From Candidatus Nanoarchaeia archaeon (GTDB taxonomy: Archaea > Nanobdellota > Nanobdellia > Woesearchaeales > JANQNC01): DNA of 32,000 bases. Shown here one piece after another: positions 30,831 through 32,000 of this stretch (positions are counted from its first letter, which is position 1; the number at the start of each line of letters is the position of its first letter). The notes beneath the pieces are model-generated. The model did no database searches, was not told the origin of the DNA, and saw only the letters and a list, made by a program, of their open reading frames with translations. The stretch lies in NCBI GenBank assembly GCA_028279745.1, contig JANQNC010000001.1, forward strand, positions 330,001 to 362,000, read 5' to 3'. The position numbers and the translations under genes are program-made.

Positions 30831-32000
30831 TTTTTACCACCCAAGAAAGCATCCAATCTTAAATTAACTCCTTCTGCTTTCTTAAATCTATAAACAAAGA
30901 ATGGGAGCTTGTAAGAAGATAACAGCAAAATCCACTCCCTTGCAATCTCCTGCGTGTCTAGAATCCCGTGCCTTACAAACTCAACCATAACACTACCTTC
31001 AAGAACATCTGACTTTCTTTCGCAAATGTTAAGTTTCTTTTTTACCTTGGTGCTTTGCAAGTTTTCATCCTGCCTGACAATCTGATTTTCAGACTCAGAA
31101 TTTATAGAAGATGTGACCGCAACCTTAAAACGAGTAGGCATACCGCAACTTTTGTATATTGTTTCTTCAGAAAACGTAAATGCTGAAACCTTTTCCTCAA
31201 CTTTCCTTAAAAGATCAATTGTGAAATCAACACCAAACTTTTCAGTCAAGAAACCATAATTCCAAAACCTAAGATAGTTTCGACTAAGCATAAATACTTG
31301 CTGAGTGTAAGGTTCATTTAGGTTAACCAAATAATCAAAGAATTCTGCTGCCTTCCTCCGGTGGATAGAGTTAGCTGAAAGCAACGATTCTGCACAATTT
31401 ATCACAAACCTTTCAAAAGAATCACCAGAAAAACCATATCTATCATAGTACTTCTTGACATCAACACTTAAAGAGGATTGCCCGCAACTTAAGGAAGATA
31501 CTTTACCTTGAACATTCTTTGAATAATCTTTCCATTCCGCACCGTTAAAACAATAAAGACCACCTTTGCCAAAACAGTAAGGGCTCTTAGCAAGAGACTT
31601 GTTCTTAATAAAAAGTGCGACACCGTTTTGAGATAGAATGCTGATAATAGTCTCAAATAAGGATGAGTCTGCACGGATCGATTTAGGACCCATCTCAAAA
31701 ATAATATTTAAGTTAACATACTTATTTGAAGCAAAAGATTTGACAAAAGATACCAGCTTATCTTCATCCACATCATCAACATCGATGTTAAAAGAGATTC
31801 TCTTGCCAAAATCCCTGCAGTCATCATCAAGCTTGTTAAGATAAGAAGATAATTCATCTGCAGAAGTGTCTATGAAAACTTCAAAATTGTTTATACCAAT
31901 ACAATCATTAACAAGATTAAAACTGTTATTTATTATACCAAACAGCTTTTCAACATTATTGATAACTTTACACTCACAGAAAAGACAGTTTAACCTATCT
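30827..32000 (-). CDS. Hypothetical protein, N-terminus beyond window end; translationally coupled to the ThyA-like gene
   Basis: The frame stays open from 31771 (track GTG) to 32000 with no stop (...DRLNCLFCECKVINNVEKLF...DVDDVDEDKLVSF...), so the gene is partial. ATGA overlap with the downstream gene. No family recognised. Confidence 0.55.
   Translation of the reverse strand, partial: DRLNCLFCECKVINNVEKLFGIINNSFNLVNDCIGINNFEVFIDTSADELSSYLNKLDDDCRDFGKRISFNIDVDDVDEDKLVSFVKSFASNKYVNLNIIFEMGPKSIRADSSLFETIISILSQNGVALFIKNKSLAKSPYCFGKGGLYCFNGAEWKDYSKNVQGKVSSLSCGQSSLSVDVKKYYDRYGFSGDSFERFVINCAESLLSANSIHRRKAAEFFDYLVNLNEPYTQQVFMLSRNYLRFWNYGFLTEKFGVDFTIDLLRKVEEKVSAFTFSEETIYKSCGMPTRFKVAVTSSINSESENQIVRQDENLQSTKVKKKLNICERKSDVLEGSVMVEFVRHGILDTQEIAREWILLLSSYKLPFFVYRFKKAEGVNLRLDAFLGGKK

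Noticed and set aside
1-32000. Scan for tRNA, rRNA, CRISPR arrays, transposases, integrases and long direct or inverted repeats
   Set aside because: I found no T-loop/acceptor-like GGTTCGAAT-type signatures outside coding frames, no regularly spaced repeats and no recognisable mobile-element genes. The intergenic regions are all 300 bp or shorter.

Overview
AT-rich, gene-dense segment that is clearly archaeal. It carries ribosomal proteins eS27, eL39, eL31 and eS19, plus aIF2-alpha, Cbf5, Nop10, a PAC2 proteasome-assembly chaperone and a PDCD5/TFAR19-like protein. Short proteins, many Lys/Glu-rich tails and thin metabolism suggest a reduced DPANN-type genome, but that placement is inference only. 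Promoters look archaeal: TTTATAAA-type TATA boxes sit about 30 nt upstream of first-gene ATGs, implying leaderless mRNAs. Internal genes carry strong GAGGTGA Shine-Dalgarno sites or ATGA stop/start overlaps. Recognisable blocks, left to right: (1) a group-3b sulfhydrogenase-like operon (beta, gamma, partial delta); (2) a cysteine desulfurase coupled to a membrane DsbA-like fusion; (3) a class III ribonucleotide reductase operon (nrdD, a free-standing glycyl-radical domain, a redoxin, nrdG) preceded by tandem NrdR-box-like palindromes; (4) housekeeping and transport genes (M32 carboxypeptidase, EamA, DsbA, CaCA antiporter, aldo/keto reductase); (5) the conserved S27e-aIF2alpha-Nop10 and S19e-PDCD5-L39e-L31e-Cbf5 clusters; (6) an Lhr-type helicase; (7) a small transcription unit encoding a 70%-lysine protein next to a hyper-acidic peptide; (8) a ThyA-like protein lacking the canonical nucleophile Cys, coupled to a large unknown ORF that runs off the window. 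Four genes absent from the ORF track were recovered by hand translation: hydD (partial), nop10, rps27e and the acidic peptide. Several ORF-track starts are TTG/GTG extensions and were trimmed. I saw no rRNA, tRNA, CRISPR array, transposase or integrase. The best candidates for something undescribed are the polycation/polyanion gene pair, the split NrdD with its NrdR-like operator, and the PEF-CTERM-like Cys-rich secreted proteins set among extracytoplasmic thiol-oxidoreductases.
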